In this document: one piece after another, positions 14,659 to 28,100 of the stretch | Layout of the letters: each line of letters starts with the position of its first letter | How positions within the stretch are numbered: position 1 is the first letter of the stretch | Source of the DNA: Eledone cirrhosa | Lineage: Eukaryota | DNA length: 64,000 bases | Direction of reading: 5' to 3' | Assembly (NCBI GenBank): GCA_964016885.1 | Contig: OZ024742.1 | Location: forward strand, 352,408,001-352,472,000 | Notes under the pieces: model-generated | Told to the model about the DNA's origin: nothing | Database searches by the model: none | Seen by the model: the letters and a program-made list of their open reading frames with translations, nothing else | Program-made: the position numbers and the translations under genes

Positions 14659-14736
14659 ATATATGCATGTATATATATATGTATATATAAGTATATATAT
14701 ATATATATGCATATATATATATACATGTATATATAA

Positions 14737-14825
<89 letters not shown>

Positions 14826-14852
14826 TATATATACATATATATATATATAAGT

Positions 14853-14996
<144 letters not shown>

Positions 14997-15040
14997 TTAT
15001 GCATATACATATATACTCATATACATATATACATATATAC

Positions 15041-15103
<63 letters not shown>

Positions 15104-15144
15104 AATACATATATATACATATATATAAATACATATATATATAC

Positions 15145-15273
<129 letters not shown>

Positions 15274-15300
15274 CATATATATATACATATATATGTATAT

Positions 15301-15344
<44 letters not shown>

Positions 15345-15534
15345 GTATAACCCACTCTATATGCAAATTGGGCTACTCAGCCGTTAATATGCATAAGGTA
15401 AGTATATACGTTCAACAATCTGGCAGGAAGGTATACTCTACTACAATACCATCTGAACCAGATCAATTATTATATATAGTCATCTGATCCAGAAATATTA
15501 TAATGAGTAGCGAAACAATTGTAAACGCACATTG

Positions 15535-15655
15535 GAGTTCAAATCCCGCCGAGGTTGACTTTGCCTTTCATCCTTACGAGGTCGATAAAATAAAGTACCA
15601 GTAATGCACAGGGTTTTTGCTGGCCTTGTGCCTAAAGTAGAAACAATTATTATTA
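15535..15655 (+). mobile_element. tRNA-derived SINE, 5'-truncated
   Basis: B box gagttcaaatccc followed by gccgaggttgactttgcctttcatcc; matches 48013-48203. Confidence 0.85.
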
Positions 15656-15856
15656 ATGTTATTATTATTATTCTCTACATTCCTTACATCAAACTAAAAT
15701 ATTAGCTGCTTTCTACTGCATATGCACATTGAGCACATGCCTTTCACGATTTGGCGTCTAAATAACTCACCAATCTCTCCTCTCATATCTCCTCTACTAT
15801 CTCCATCTCTCCCATTAAGATTGGTTACTCTTCAACTGTGTATATGTATATATATA

Positions 15857-15938
<82 letters not shown>

Positions 15939-16010
15939 TATATATATAAATATATATATATTTATATGTATATGTACATATATATATATATAAAGGTTTT
16001 AATATAGATG

Positions 16011-16061
16011 AGATTCTACAGGACTAGAACTGTTTCATTCTTTAGAAATCATCAGGAATCT
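16011..16061 (-). ncRNA. Type I hammerhead ribozyme
   Basis: Minus strand: agattc-CTGATGA-tttct(aa)agaat-GAAA-cag(ttctagtc)ctg-TA-gaatct. Confidence 0.85.
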
Positions 16062-16900
16062 GGGTATCAAAAAATAAATATGGTATTTATAGGCCTCTAC
16101 AAGTGGTAGGAGAGGGTGGGGAGTGGGATGGGTGTAGGTCATTGGTTGATAGAAAAGGGAATTCATTAAAAGCTAATTCTACAAAGCTATAGTTTATTTT
16201 TATTAATTTTTGTTTTTAGAGTAACAAAGGCAGACAGAATTCTATAAACAGGTTCCGGATGGCATACCATTCCCTGTCATTAAGTTTCTCTTAAGCTAAC
16301 AGATGTCTATAAGATCAGTGGGGGGTCAGTCATGGTAGATAGAATTAAAGGAAAGGGAGATTCTTTAAAAGCTAAATTCATTAAGGTTCTACTAAGTGAC
16401 AAAGGTTTAGAGAATTCTGTAGACAGATTCAAAATACTGAGTGCATATCTTACAATTATTTTGAACTTCTCTTAAACTAATCAACTATATGCCAAAAATC
16501 AAGACACATTCACAAAAAAACACACTCACTCACACACTCGCGCGCAACCATAAACACACATACACATACACATATACACATATAAAAACACACACACATA
16601 AATAAATATATTTATATATATATATATATTTTTTTATATATATATATATTTATATATATATATATATATACATACACACATACATATATATACACACACA
16701 TACACACACACATATATACACATATATATACACTCACACACGTACATACATACACACAAATATACATGTGTATACATATACATATATATACACATACATA
16801 CATATATATACACATGTATATATATATATATATAGAATACATATATATACACACACATATACATATATATACATATAAACACGCATACACACACACACAC

Positions 16901-16935
<35 letters not shown>

Positions 16936-16990
16936 AACAAATATATACATATACATACACACACACATACACATACATACATATATATAT

Positions 16991-17142
<152 letters not shown>

Positions 17143-17200
17143 GTATTTATATATATATGTATATGTATCTATGTATATATATATATAAATATATGTATAT

Positions 17201-18730
17201 ATGTCACCTGACACTCTACATGAAACTCTTTCGTTCGCTAAGGATAATTCCGACCTTACGGATGCTGAAATTGAAATTATTATGGAAGCCAGGAAAACTA
17301 TAGTTAAATTCGAGGATAGCTACTGGGTTCGCAAAGATAGACCTTCTAATTTTGATATCACTATGGGTTCTAATGATTCGGCGGAAGTAACAGATCTTGT
17401 GGGAATTTATATCACCCACAGATTACAAGGAAAATTCAAGGATCTCCACGGTGGAATCTACCGTGACGATGCGCTCCTATTAGTTAAGCATATGAATAAC
17501 CAGAATTTAGAAAGGATGCGTAAAAATATCTGAAAGCTTTTTAAGGAACTAGGATTAAATATTACATTTGAATATAACCTCAAAGAGGTCAATTTCCTTG
17601 ATATTACTTTGAATCTCAATACAGATACGATTAAACCGTTCCATAGACTAAATGAGAACCTTAAATATGTAAATACGAGTTCTAACCATCCACTCTCTAT
17701 AATTAAATCCATCCCTAGAAATGTTTCTCTTAGGATCTCCCGCCTGTCGTCCAACCAACAAACCTTCAAAGAACATGCCGAGTATTATGATGATGCACTT
17801 AGGAAAGCCGGTCACCTAGATAATATAGAGTATATAGTCAAAGATCACCAAAACACCAAAAATAAATCACATAGGAGTAGAAATAGCACATAATCACCAC
17901 CATACATACACTACCGCAATAGACACAATAATAGTTGCACACCACCAAACAGAAGGCGATGTAAGGAGTATATTTGGTACAACCCGGTCTATAACAACTC
18001 TATTAAAACCAATCTACCCTCAACATTCTTTCGATTAGTTAAAAAACACTTTCCAACATCACATAAATATAATAAAATGTTAAACCCTAACACTATTCGA
18101 CTTTCATATTCAACCGCCCCTAATATTGAACAACATATACAAAAGCTTAACGCAAAACGGTTGTATAAACGCCTTCCAACACATAACAATACACGTAAAA
18201 CATTAGCTATAACATCACAAAACAACAAACAACATCCTGTCCTACATAAGCAACCTCATCAACCCATCCATGGCAATACAACAACGCAAAATTATAATTG
18301 CAACTGTGTCCAACCAGGAATGTGTCCGTTGAACAATCAGTGTCTTGAACGCAACATCGTATACAAATGTACTATCGAATCGGATAGACAGAAGTGGTAC
18401 TATGTGGGATCTACATCCACCTCCTTCAAATCACGCCTTTATAGACATCGTTACTCGATAAAACATGAAAACCAGCGTTATGTAACAACACTCGCAGACA
18501 AGGCTTGGCAGCTGCGTGAAAATAACCAAAAATTTCACCTAAAATGGGATATAATAGCGGCTGCCCCCCCATAATCCCATGGACAGGAATTTTGTAAATT
18601 ATGTAATGTAGAATTATTTTGTATTATGAAATCCAAAAACATTTTATTAAATAACAGAATAGAGCGATCGTTATACTGTAACCATCGCTTAAAATCTACA
18701 TTTTCATATTATAAATACTACCAGGATTGA
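17201..18730 (+). pseudogene. PLE2 RT plus GIY-YIG coding region, single frame with three in-frame stops
   Basis: FDITMGSNDSAE, GIYRDDALL, NFLDITLNL, SNHP, IWYNP, CNC-CPL-CL, YVGSTSTSFKSR, CKLC; stops at 17531 (TGA), 17891 (TAA), 18572 (TAA). Confidence 0.92.
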
Positions 18731-19204
18731 ACGCCTGTCTCTATCCCCGTTTGATTGTCAAAATAGATATTAACATTCTTTATTAGTCTTAATTCTATCA
18801 ACTCTTCTATTATTTACCTTTTAATACAAACTGCTATAGATAAAATGAGATTTCTGATTTCTTGATTCAATTCCCTAATGCATTTACCAGCTGGCTACTA
18901 GCATTGATGTTATTTAGTAGCAATCGAAATCTCACCCTTCCCCAATTGACACTTTATAATTAATACCACTGCACCAAATGACCAGCCCTGTGTCCACTGT
19001 CCAGTTGGTCAAGTAGAGATTAAAATTGGCACTCCCAAAATTCTTATTTAGTTTACTCATGGTATTCTCATTAGAAACCCATTATATACTTGTTTAGCAG
19101 TAAATTAATTTACCATCTGTCATATACTATCCCCTCTGTTCCTTCCTCTTTTACTAATATAAATACTTCAATTTTTCTGATTTTATCCAATTTATCCAAA
19201 ATCT

Positions 19205-19313
19205 CTGAAGAAGTGACAACTGATTATACATTTGCTATCGAATACTTGCTAACATTATATGATTACGCAAGCAGCGATACATAGGTATTCGGTCCGTTAC
19301 AGAAACATATGTC
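19205..19313 (+). ncRNA. Hammerhead-like motif in PLE2 3' region, long stem II insert, weak stem I
   Basis: CTGAAGA-agtgac...gttaca-GAAA-catatg-TC. Confidence 0.55.
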
Positions 19314-19506
19314 AATACCTAATAAATTCCTTTTTCAACAAAAGCACTTTCATTTTATATTCATCCTTTCTACATTTTCTCCGGAATATAATTTATACTC
19401 GTTCAGCAAACCTGCACGTACGCTGTTCATCTCTAACGTAACGATATATTATCACTACATTATTGATAACCTGAAATTTTATATATATATATATATGTAT
19501 GTATGT

Positions 19507-19620
<114 letters not shown>

Positions 19621-19651
19621 GTACATATATATATATATACATATATATCTG

Positions 19652-19824
<173 letters not shown>

Positions 19825-19952
19825 ATATATATATATGTATATATATACATATAGATATATATTTAAATTGGAGCTCTGAAATAGCAATATATATATGGAT
19901 GTATATATAATGTATTTTGCAATACACTTTATACTTAATTAAAAGCATTTTG

Positions 19953-19994
19953 GCCTTGATAAGCCTCAACCAAAGCGAAACAAGTCTTGACGGC
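19953..19994 (+). ncRNA. U3-A8 hammerhead with mutated cleavage triplet (GAC), probably inactive
   Basis: gcc-TTGATAA-gcctcaaccaaagc-GAAA-caagtcttg-AC-ggc. Confidence 0.6.
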
Positions 19995-20268
19995 TTATCT
20001 CCCCTGTTTGCTGAGATCAAAATGAGTGAATTTGTCACTACATTAAAACAATTGGTTACGGTCTTCAAAATGCTTTTAATTAAGCATAAAGTGTATTGCA
20101 AAATACATTATATATACATCCATATATATATTGCTATTTCAGAGCTCCAATTCTAATTTTTACTTTCTGCCTGACCAACAACCGCTCTGCATAATCAGCT
20201 CCTGATTATTTACTAGATTTCTATAAGAATATAACATCAATGATCTCAGCAAACAGGTTGGGTAGTTG

Positions 20269-20310
20269 GCCTTGATAAGCTTCAACCAAAGCGAAACAAG
20301 TCTTGTCGGC
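20269..20310 (+). ncRNA. Hammerhead ribozyme, U3-A8 core variant
   Basis: gcc-TTGATAA-gctt(caacca)aagc-GAAA-caagtcttg-TC-ggc. Confidence 0.8.
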
Positions 20311-20410
20311 TTATCTCCCCTGATTCTTGAGATCAAAGTGAGTGAATTTGTCAATACTTTAAAACAATAGGTCACGGCCTTCAAAATGCTTTTAATTAAG
20401 CATAAAGTGT

Positions 20411-20571
<161 letters not shown>

Positions 20572-20785
20572 ATATGCGTACATATATTGTTATACTTGGG
20601 GAGGGTCATATTCGTGTAATACTGCCATAATTAATAACAGAACACACTCACTGTTTGGTTGGTTTTCGCTTTTCGCTTCTGTGGCTTTTATATCGGTAAT
20701 CTAATTTATTCGGTGCTCAATGTTGCCATTGACTGACCAACGGTCAAAAATAATACAGATACAATATAGACACAAACATATATAT

Positions 20786-20839
20786 ATAGTTTTTGAAAGT
20801 TCTTTCGTTGCACATCTGCAACATCGTCAGTGGTGCTAT
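20786..20839 (-). ncRNA. Hammerhead-like motif in PLE3 pLTR
   Basis: Minus strand: CTGACGA-t-gttgca(gatg)tgcaac-GAAA-gaac-TT; stem I imperfect. Confidence 0.55.
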
Positions 20840-21099
20840 AGATTCCTCCCGTTGCATTGTATCTCTACGCCATCTTTATATAGTCGTTTATATATTTATT
20901 TATTTACTTGTTTATTTGTTTTTTATTTTGTCTTCTTTGCGCATGCGTTTGCGTGTTTGTATAATGTTTTGTTTTATGTGTGTTCGTGATTGGGTGACTG
21001 TGTATTGGTTAATGTATTCTATGTTTACTAGTGTGTGTTTATATATGTTTGTTGTTATTGTGCTTGTGTATGTATTTATTTATTTATTTATCTATTTAT

Positions 21100-23391
21100 T
21101 TATTTAATTATTTCACTTAGGTCAGTGTTGTTTGTTTGGGTGTTGTTGTTATTCCATTCATTCTTTCTGTTTAGTCTTGGCCTTCTAAGTTCTACTTCAC
21201 TGGCCTCTCTGATTTGCCTATCTGCTGGGTCATTTTTATGTTTAGATATTATTCTAATTTCTATGTTGTCTATGTTATCGTCGTGTTGTTGTCTGGCATG
21301 TTCGTATAGTACTGATCCGCTTTTTCGTCCTTTTAGTTCCCCCCAGTGTTGGTCTATCCTTTCAGATATGCTACGAGCTGTCTCGCCTATGTATGTTGTT
21401 GTCATGTTTCTGCAAGTACCCTCTGTACATCTTATGCTATAGACTACGTTTCTAGCTTTACAGTTTATCCGGGGGTTTACCTTACATGTGATACATTTCC
21501 TATTAGTACAGTTGGTTTTCTTAAAAGGGTAGGTTTTGCTGATCAGGGATGTTATGGTGGTTCCTGGCTTTTCTACCACCTTAATCTTTAAGTGGGTCTT
21601 TCTCAGGGCCTTTCTACACTGGTTAGCTAATTTCCCTCCAGGGGTAGTATCTACACACATGACACTCTGGTATCTCTGGTTGCCCTTATGTCTAGCCCTA
21701 TCTAAGCTATTCCAGGATTTAATCCTGTATAATGGGCAAATTACTTTCATATCCAGTTCTATGAGGGTATTATACTTCTCCATGACTCCTTCGTATACTC
21801 TGAATCTGTCTCTTTGGTTGTAGCCAGAGAACTGCATGCGGTTGATGAAGTGTTGGATGTGTCTTTCCATTTATGTTGGGTCGTACATGCGGGACACATT
21901 CTTCACCACTCGTACCAAATCTGCGATCAGAATATTAAACTTAGCACTATTGGATATTGCTGAGTTCTTGAGTATCAGACATTTGGAGGCCATGGGTTTA
22001 GCATAGTGTGAGTGGAGAATTTGGGCTCACTCGTCTATAGTGTTAATCCAGAGTTCCGTGTCTAATACAGGTAATCTATTGTTAGGGTGTTTGGAAGGGT
22101 AGTCGATAGTTACAGTTATACACTGGTGTATGGAATTAGCTATCTGCTGGATGCTTTCCATTGTGCTACGTTCTAAATCAAACTTGTTAGTGCTCTCTAG
22201 TGGAGATGTTCTTATAACTATATTGATATCGTCTACGTAACGACAGTACATGATGAGGTCTATGGAGCTCTCATTAAGGAGATCTTTAAGTCTCCTTTCC
22301 CACCATAGCATGAAAAGTTTTGTAACATCACCAGCTATGCTGACGCCAATGGCTGCTCCCTCATTTTGGGTGTAGATATTCTCGTTGAACTTGAATATGT
22401 GGCCCTTTAGGGTAGTTTTGATACTAGCCCCCATTGCATGTGCGACCATTTTTCTTACCTGGTCATTGTTCTGGGGGGGTCCGTATAGATTTGGTCCACC
22501 CAATCCACCTTCCCATGGGATTCTTTTTTGCCATTGAGGTTATAGTGGGGTGTCTACCTCTTATGGGTCTACTAGGGCAGAAACGTCTAAGGTCATGTCT
22601 GTCTAGGTAGTCAGTGTCGTAGGTAAGTCTAAGTAGGAGGCCCACTTCGTCGGTGTTGACGTCGCAAAACTCCACCTCACTCTCAATGATCATCTCCACA
22701 CATTTTTCCACAGCAAAATCAATGTTAATGGATGGGTACAGTGATACCACATCCATGCTGCCTATTATGGCGTTGGATTGGTTCCTGGTTTTGTTGCACT
22801 CACTGATTCTGCTGAGGAGGTCCGCTGTACTGTCACATACATCTGGTGACATTTTGAAAATGGGGCGTATATCCATTGAGAGGAAGTAGGAGATCCTGTA
22901 GTTGCTAGCTATATTAGCTCCGCATACGGATCTTGTTGGTGGTCCTGTTGTCGGGTCGTCGACTGTTTTGTGATCTTTGCGGAGCCCAAACAAGGGTGGT
23001 ATGCCATTGTTTGGAAGCTGTTCGCAGTGCATCTGCTTGGCTTTAGGATGTCAGTCCACATCATCATGTGAGCGTTGAGGATTTTCTCTCTCCCATCATG
23101 TGTTTGCTGTGAAATTTCGCTCGTGTTGGTGATGTGGGGTTGCATAGCCTTGATGTAGTTCGGCATGCTATCTATTGACATCCTACCCGACTTATCCGTG
23201 GATAGACATACTACCTCACCATCCCTTGTGCGCTGCTTGAGGCTAACCAAGCCTTCTACAGGTTTCCTCCCAAGGTGTTGGGCCTCTGGTCTGCTCTGTC
23301 TCTTAGTATACCGGTCTACTATTTGTCTAATCTTTTTTCTAGCTATGCTGAACTGTGCCTCTGTCTCGTGATCTATTTGTTGTGGATGCAA
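21100..23391 (-). pseudogene. PLE3 RT plus GIY-YIG, frameshifted
   Basis: TDKSGR, GLRKDHK, GSMDVVSLYPSI, GAAIG, RYVDD, PVLD, CTNRKCITC, NVVYSIRC, YIGETARS. Confidence 0.92.
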
Positions 23392-23922
23392 ACCCTTTTA
23401 TTAAAAGGTAACCCCGTAGGATAGATATTACCCATCATATATGTTTTGTCAGCTGGGTTGAAAAATAGTTTCTATACGAACATGCCAGACAACAACACGA
23501 CGGTAACACAGACAACATAAAAATTAGAATAATATCTAAACATAGAAATGACCCAGCAGATAGGCAAATCAGAGAGACCAGTGAAATAGAACTTAGAAGG
23601 CCAAGACTAAACAGAAAGAATGAATGGAATATCAACAACACCCAAACAAACAACACTGCCCTAAGAGAAGTATAAATAAATAAATAAATAGATAAATAAG
23701 TAAATAAATAAATACATACACAAGCACACTAACAACAAACACATATAAACCCACACTAGTAAACATAGAATACATTAACCAATACACAGTCACCCAATCA
23801 CGAACACACATCAAACAAAACACTATACACACACGCAAACGCATGCGCAAAGTAGACAAAATAAAATAAACAAATAGCTAAATATAGATGGCGTAGAAAA
23901 TACAATGCAACGGGAGGAAACA

Positions 23923-23976
23923 ATAGCACCACTGACGATGTGGCAGGTGTGCAACGAAAGAACTTTGATAAACTAT
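23923..23976 (+). ncRNA. Hammerhead-like motif in inverted PLE3 pLTR
   Basis: CTGACGA-t-gtggca(ggtg)tgcaac-GAAA-gaac-TT-tg. Confidence 0.55.
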
Positions 23977-24232
23977 ATATATGTGTTTGTGTCTATATTG
24001 TATCTGTATTATTTTTTGACCGTTGGTCACTCAATGGCAACATTGAAGAGCGAATAAATTAGATTACCGATATAAAAGACACCGAAGCGAAAAGCGAGAA
24101 CCAACCAAACAGTAAGTGTGTTCTGTTATTAATTCTGGCAATATTACACAAATATGAGCTCCCCAAATATAACAATATTTGTTTCGACACACGATTTCAT
24201 GTCAAAAACCTCGCAAAACTCATATATATACG

Positions 24233-24282
<50 letters not shown>

Positions 24283-24287
24283 TGTGT

Positions 24288-24475
<188 letters not shown>

Positions 24476-24606
24476 ACATATATGTATATATATTTATATA
24501 GAGAAAATTGTGGTTGGTAATGGCACATGGAATATATAAGAGACAGAATACTTTTTTGTGAAAAAACATATAATTTTATAAGGTAAGGAAATAATAAAGA
24601 GTATAA

Positions 24607-24654
24607 AAAATGACCGGTTTCGATGGGTCTGCAAAAGCCATCTTTTCAAATGTT
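24607..24654 (-). ncRNA. Hammerhead, U3-A8 variant (left arm)
   Basis: Mirror image of 24897-24944. Confidence 0.7.
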
Positions 24655-24896
24655 GATTAATATTAAGAAAATTGATAATAAGAAGAGTTAAAATTTGAGA
24701 TTTGAAAATTCAAGTATAAAATTCAGTGTGGGATTTCATAGTAGTTTTCATCTTGGTAGCAGCAAGTCAACTTGCTGCAGTCAACTTGCTGCTACCAAGA
24801 TGAAAACTACTATGAAATCCCACACTGAATTTTATACTTGAATTTTCAAATCTCAAATTTTAACTCTTCTTATTATTAATTTTCTTAATATTAATC

Positions 24897-24944
24897 AACA
24901 TTTGAAAAGATGGCTTTTGCAGACCCATCGAAACCGGTCATTTT
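24897..24944 (+). ncRNA. Hammerhead, U3-A8 variant (right arm)
   Basis: aacat-TTGAAAA-gatgg...ccatc-GAAA-ccgg-TC-atttt. Confidence 0.7.
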
Positions 24945-25082
24945 TTATACCCTTTATTATTTCCTTACCTTATAAAATTATATGTCTTTTCACAAAAAAG
25001 TATTCTGTCTCTCATATATTCCATGTGCCATTACCAACCTCAATTTTCTCTATAACCTTCGTTTTGTGTAGAAACTTACACT

Positions 25083-25170
<88 letters not shown>

Positions 25171-25190
25171 GTATATATATATATATATAT

Positions 25191-28100
25191 ACTCTTTTAC
25201 TCGTTTACCTGTTTCAGCCATCCGGCTGAGGCCATGCTGGGGCACCGCCCTTGTTGCTACACATTTTATCTCCAGCCTGTATAGGTTGGCCACTGGTGTA
25301 GGAGGGAGTTTGTTGCTGCTGCCCTTAGGTTTCCCTCGTGTCTTGCTGTGGGCTCATCCGGGATCCTGGATAACAAGGTGTCGAGATGTTTCTTAAAGAC
25401 ATCCACCTCTACGTCATGCAAGTCTCTCAGATGCCTCGGCAGCTTGTTGAAGAGTTGAGGGCCCTTGAATCCCAGGCTATAGCAATACCTGCTCCTTATT
25501 CTAGATGTGGAAGACGGGACCTTTGGCACCACACAGTGACGTCCTGTTCGACGGTTGGTCCAGCTCCCAATGCCAAAGTTTGGCGCTAGTCCCTCCACGA
25601 TTTTCCACATGTAGATCACTGCGTATCTCTCCCATCTTCGCTCCAAGGAGTAGAGGTTCAGTTCCTTTAGCCTCTCCCAGTAGCTTGTCTCCCTCATCTT
25701 GGCAATCTTCTTGGTGTAGCTTCGCTGGATTGCCTCAAGCTCCGTCGTTAGTTTAACACTATGGGGTGACCACAACTGGGAGCAGTAGTCCAGGCGGCTT
25801 AGGACAAAAGTCCTCCACAGTGTCAACATGGTGTCTCGATCTCTTGTCCGGAAAGTCCTCAAGATCCAGCCAGCGAGTCGTCTGCACATTGTCGCCACTT
25901 TCATGATGTGTGAAGAAAAAGATGCATCATCGCTCATGTCTATGCCCAGGTCTCGTATCGATTTTGACACGGGGATATCGATCTTTCCTGGTCCTGTGTA
26001 ACTGTGTTCCACTATATTTGTGTTTGCAGGTTTGTATTGTAGGGCTTGGAATTTGCCAGCATTAAACTGCATGTTGTTTTCTTCCGCCCATCTGTATATG
26101 GCATCCAGATCCTGCTGTAAAAGGGCAGCGTCAGACGGGTTTTTGATTGCCTGTGCTACCTTAGTGTCATCATCATAGCTAGTGAGGGATGTTGTTGCAT
26201 GCACCACAGAGGGCATGTCTGAGAGAGCCACCAAAAACAGTAGTTATCCCAGGACTGTCCCCTGGGGCACCCCACTTGTTATCGGTGTTTCCCTCGAGAG
26301 GGCCCCATTTGCTGCGACTGCCTGGCTCCTGTCCCATAGGAAGCAATGCAGCCACTCACCTACTTTTCCAGTTATGCCGAGTCCGTGTAGTTGGTGACAT
26401 ATCATTCCGTGGTCGACCTTGTCAAAGGCCTTCCTAAAGTCAAGATATATCACGTCCACATGTGAGCTGTCTAGTAGTTGTCTCAGTACCCAGTCGTAGT
26501 GATGTAGCAGCTGTGTAAGGCAGCTTCTGCCTGGGCGGAAGCCATGTTGCGTGCTAGTCAGGCTGTTATTTTCTTCGAGGAAAGTGATTAGTTTCTTTCT
26601 GACGACTCGCTCCATGACATTACTGATATGCGACGTCAGGGAGACTGGCCTATAGCTCTTGGCCTCCGCTCTACTACCTCCTTCATGAATAGGGCATATT
26701 GTGCCTTCTTTCAGCTCTCTGGGTAGTACACCGCTAGCCAAGCAGCTTCTGAAGAGCATCTTCAGCGGAGTTGCTTAGGCCCGCTTACATATTTTTTAAG
26801 AGAACTGCTGGGAATCCATCAGGTCCAGCAGCCGAGTCTGTTCTAATTTCATCAATGGCGTACACCGCATCCTCCTCCGTTATGTCTATGTGGTTGATGG
26901 TTGCCATTTCTTGATGTAGTGTTGTGGCATCAAAGAACTCCTCTAGCTTCGTTATTTGCATGTGCCTCAGTGGACATGTGAACACACTTTTGTACTGTTC
27001 TTTCAGTATTTCATATATCTCTTGGGGGTTTTCGGTTAATGAACCGTCCGTGTGGAAGAGTGACCCAATATTGCAGTGTACTGAGGCAGTTTCTTTTGCA
27101 AATTTAAAGAAGGCCTTAGGCTTTGTTTTAATGTTTACTATGGCCCTGTTCTCTTTCTATGCCCTCTCATTCACATGTGAAAGTTTGAGTGCAATCTCGG
27201 AGTCAAGTAGTGCACGTTTCAAATAGGATTCCTTCTTGTTTTTGTTTTGTTGACTATTCAGCTGGTTTGAGAGTTTAGTTGTACGTCTCATAAGGATTTT
27301 CCTATCTCTGGGAATAAGATTTTGTGTCTGTTTGCCTCTTTCTCCGGGACAAACTGTTTGCATATAGTGTGTATCGTTGTCATGAAGTGTTGACATTGTG
27401 TGTTAGTGTCTTGTGTGGCGGTGTTTTCACTCCATGTTTGCTTCCGGATTTCACTCTTAATCTTTTTCCAGTTAGCCTTGTAGAAGTTAAGGCTGGATAG
27501 CGTCCCGGAGCTTTTGGTGGTTTTGTCTCTGTTGGTTCTCTTGAACCACACATCATTAGCTCTACTAAGTTATGATCCGAGAGAATTGTTGCTGTCAACT
27601 TTACATTGTGGATGAGCACTTCGTTGTTTGTAAAACAGAGGTCCAGGACATTTTCGCCTCTTGTTGGGAGGAGTATTGCTTGCTCCATGAACAGCCTGTG
27701 TGTGAGGGTCAGCAGGGATACCGCCTGTCTCTGTTCTATTGACGTCATTCCAGGGAGGAGGTGGCCCTCAGGTGATTTGACCTTTGGTAGGTTGAAGTCT
27801 CCCAGCAGTAGGATGCTGAGACCCTAGTCCAGTTTGTCAAGGACCTCTTCTATCCTGCTTAGGCTATCCTCAAATTTACCCTCATGACTGGGGGTATCGG
27901 GCGGCCAATATGTGACACACATTACTGTCTGTAGTTGCTTCATATGTATTATCAGTGTGTCACAGACTGAGTTTGAATGTGTCAACAGTACAATTGGTGT
28001 GACTTCTTCACGGATATACAGAGCAAACCCACCATGAGTTCTCTCCTTCCTGTCCGAACGAAATACAGTATATTTCGGTATATGCATTTCTGCATCTGCT

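Larger units (their letters stand above)
20585..24222 (-). mobile_element. PLE3: 5'-truncated Penelope-like element with ~730-bp inverted pLTR
   Basis: ~23474-24180 is the reverse complement of ~20585-21310; RT/EN fragments lie between. Confidence 0.92.
24497..25054. mobile_element. ~560-bp non-coding palindrome with one hammerhead per arm
   Basis: Arms ~24497-24766 and ~24785-25054 are near-perfect reverse complements; flanked by (TA)n. Confidence 0.9.
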
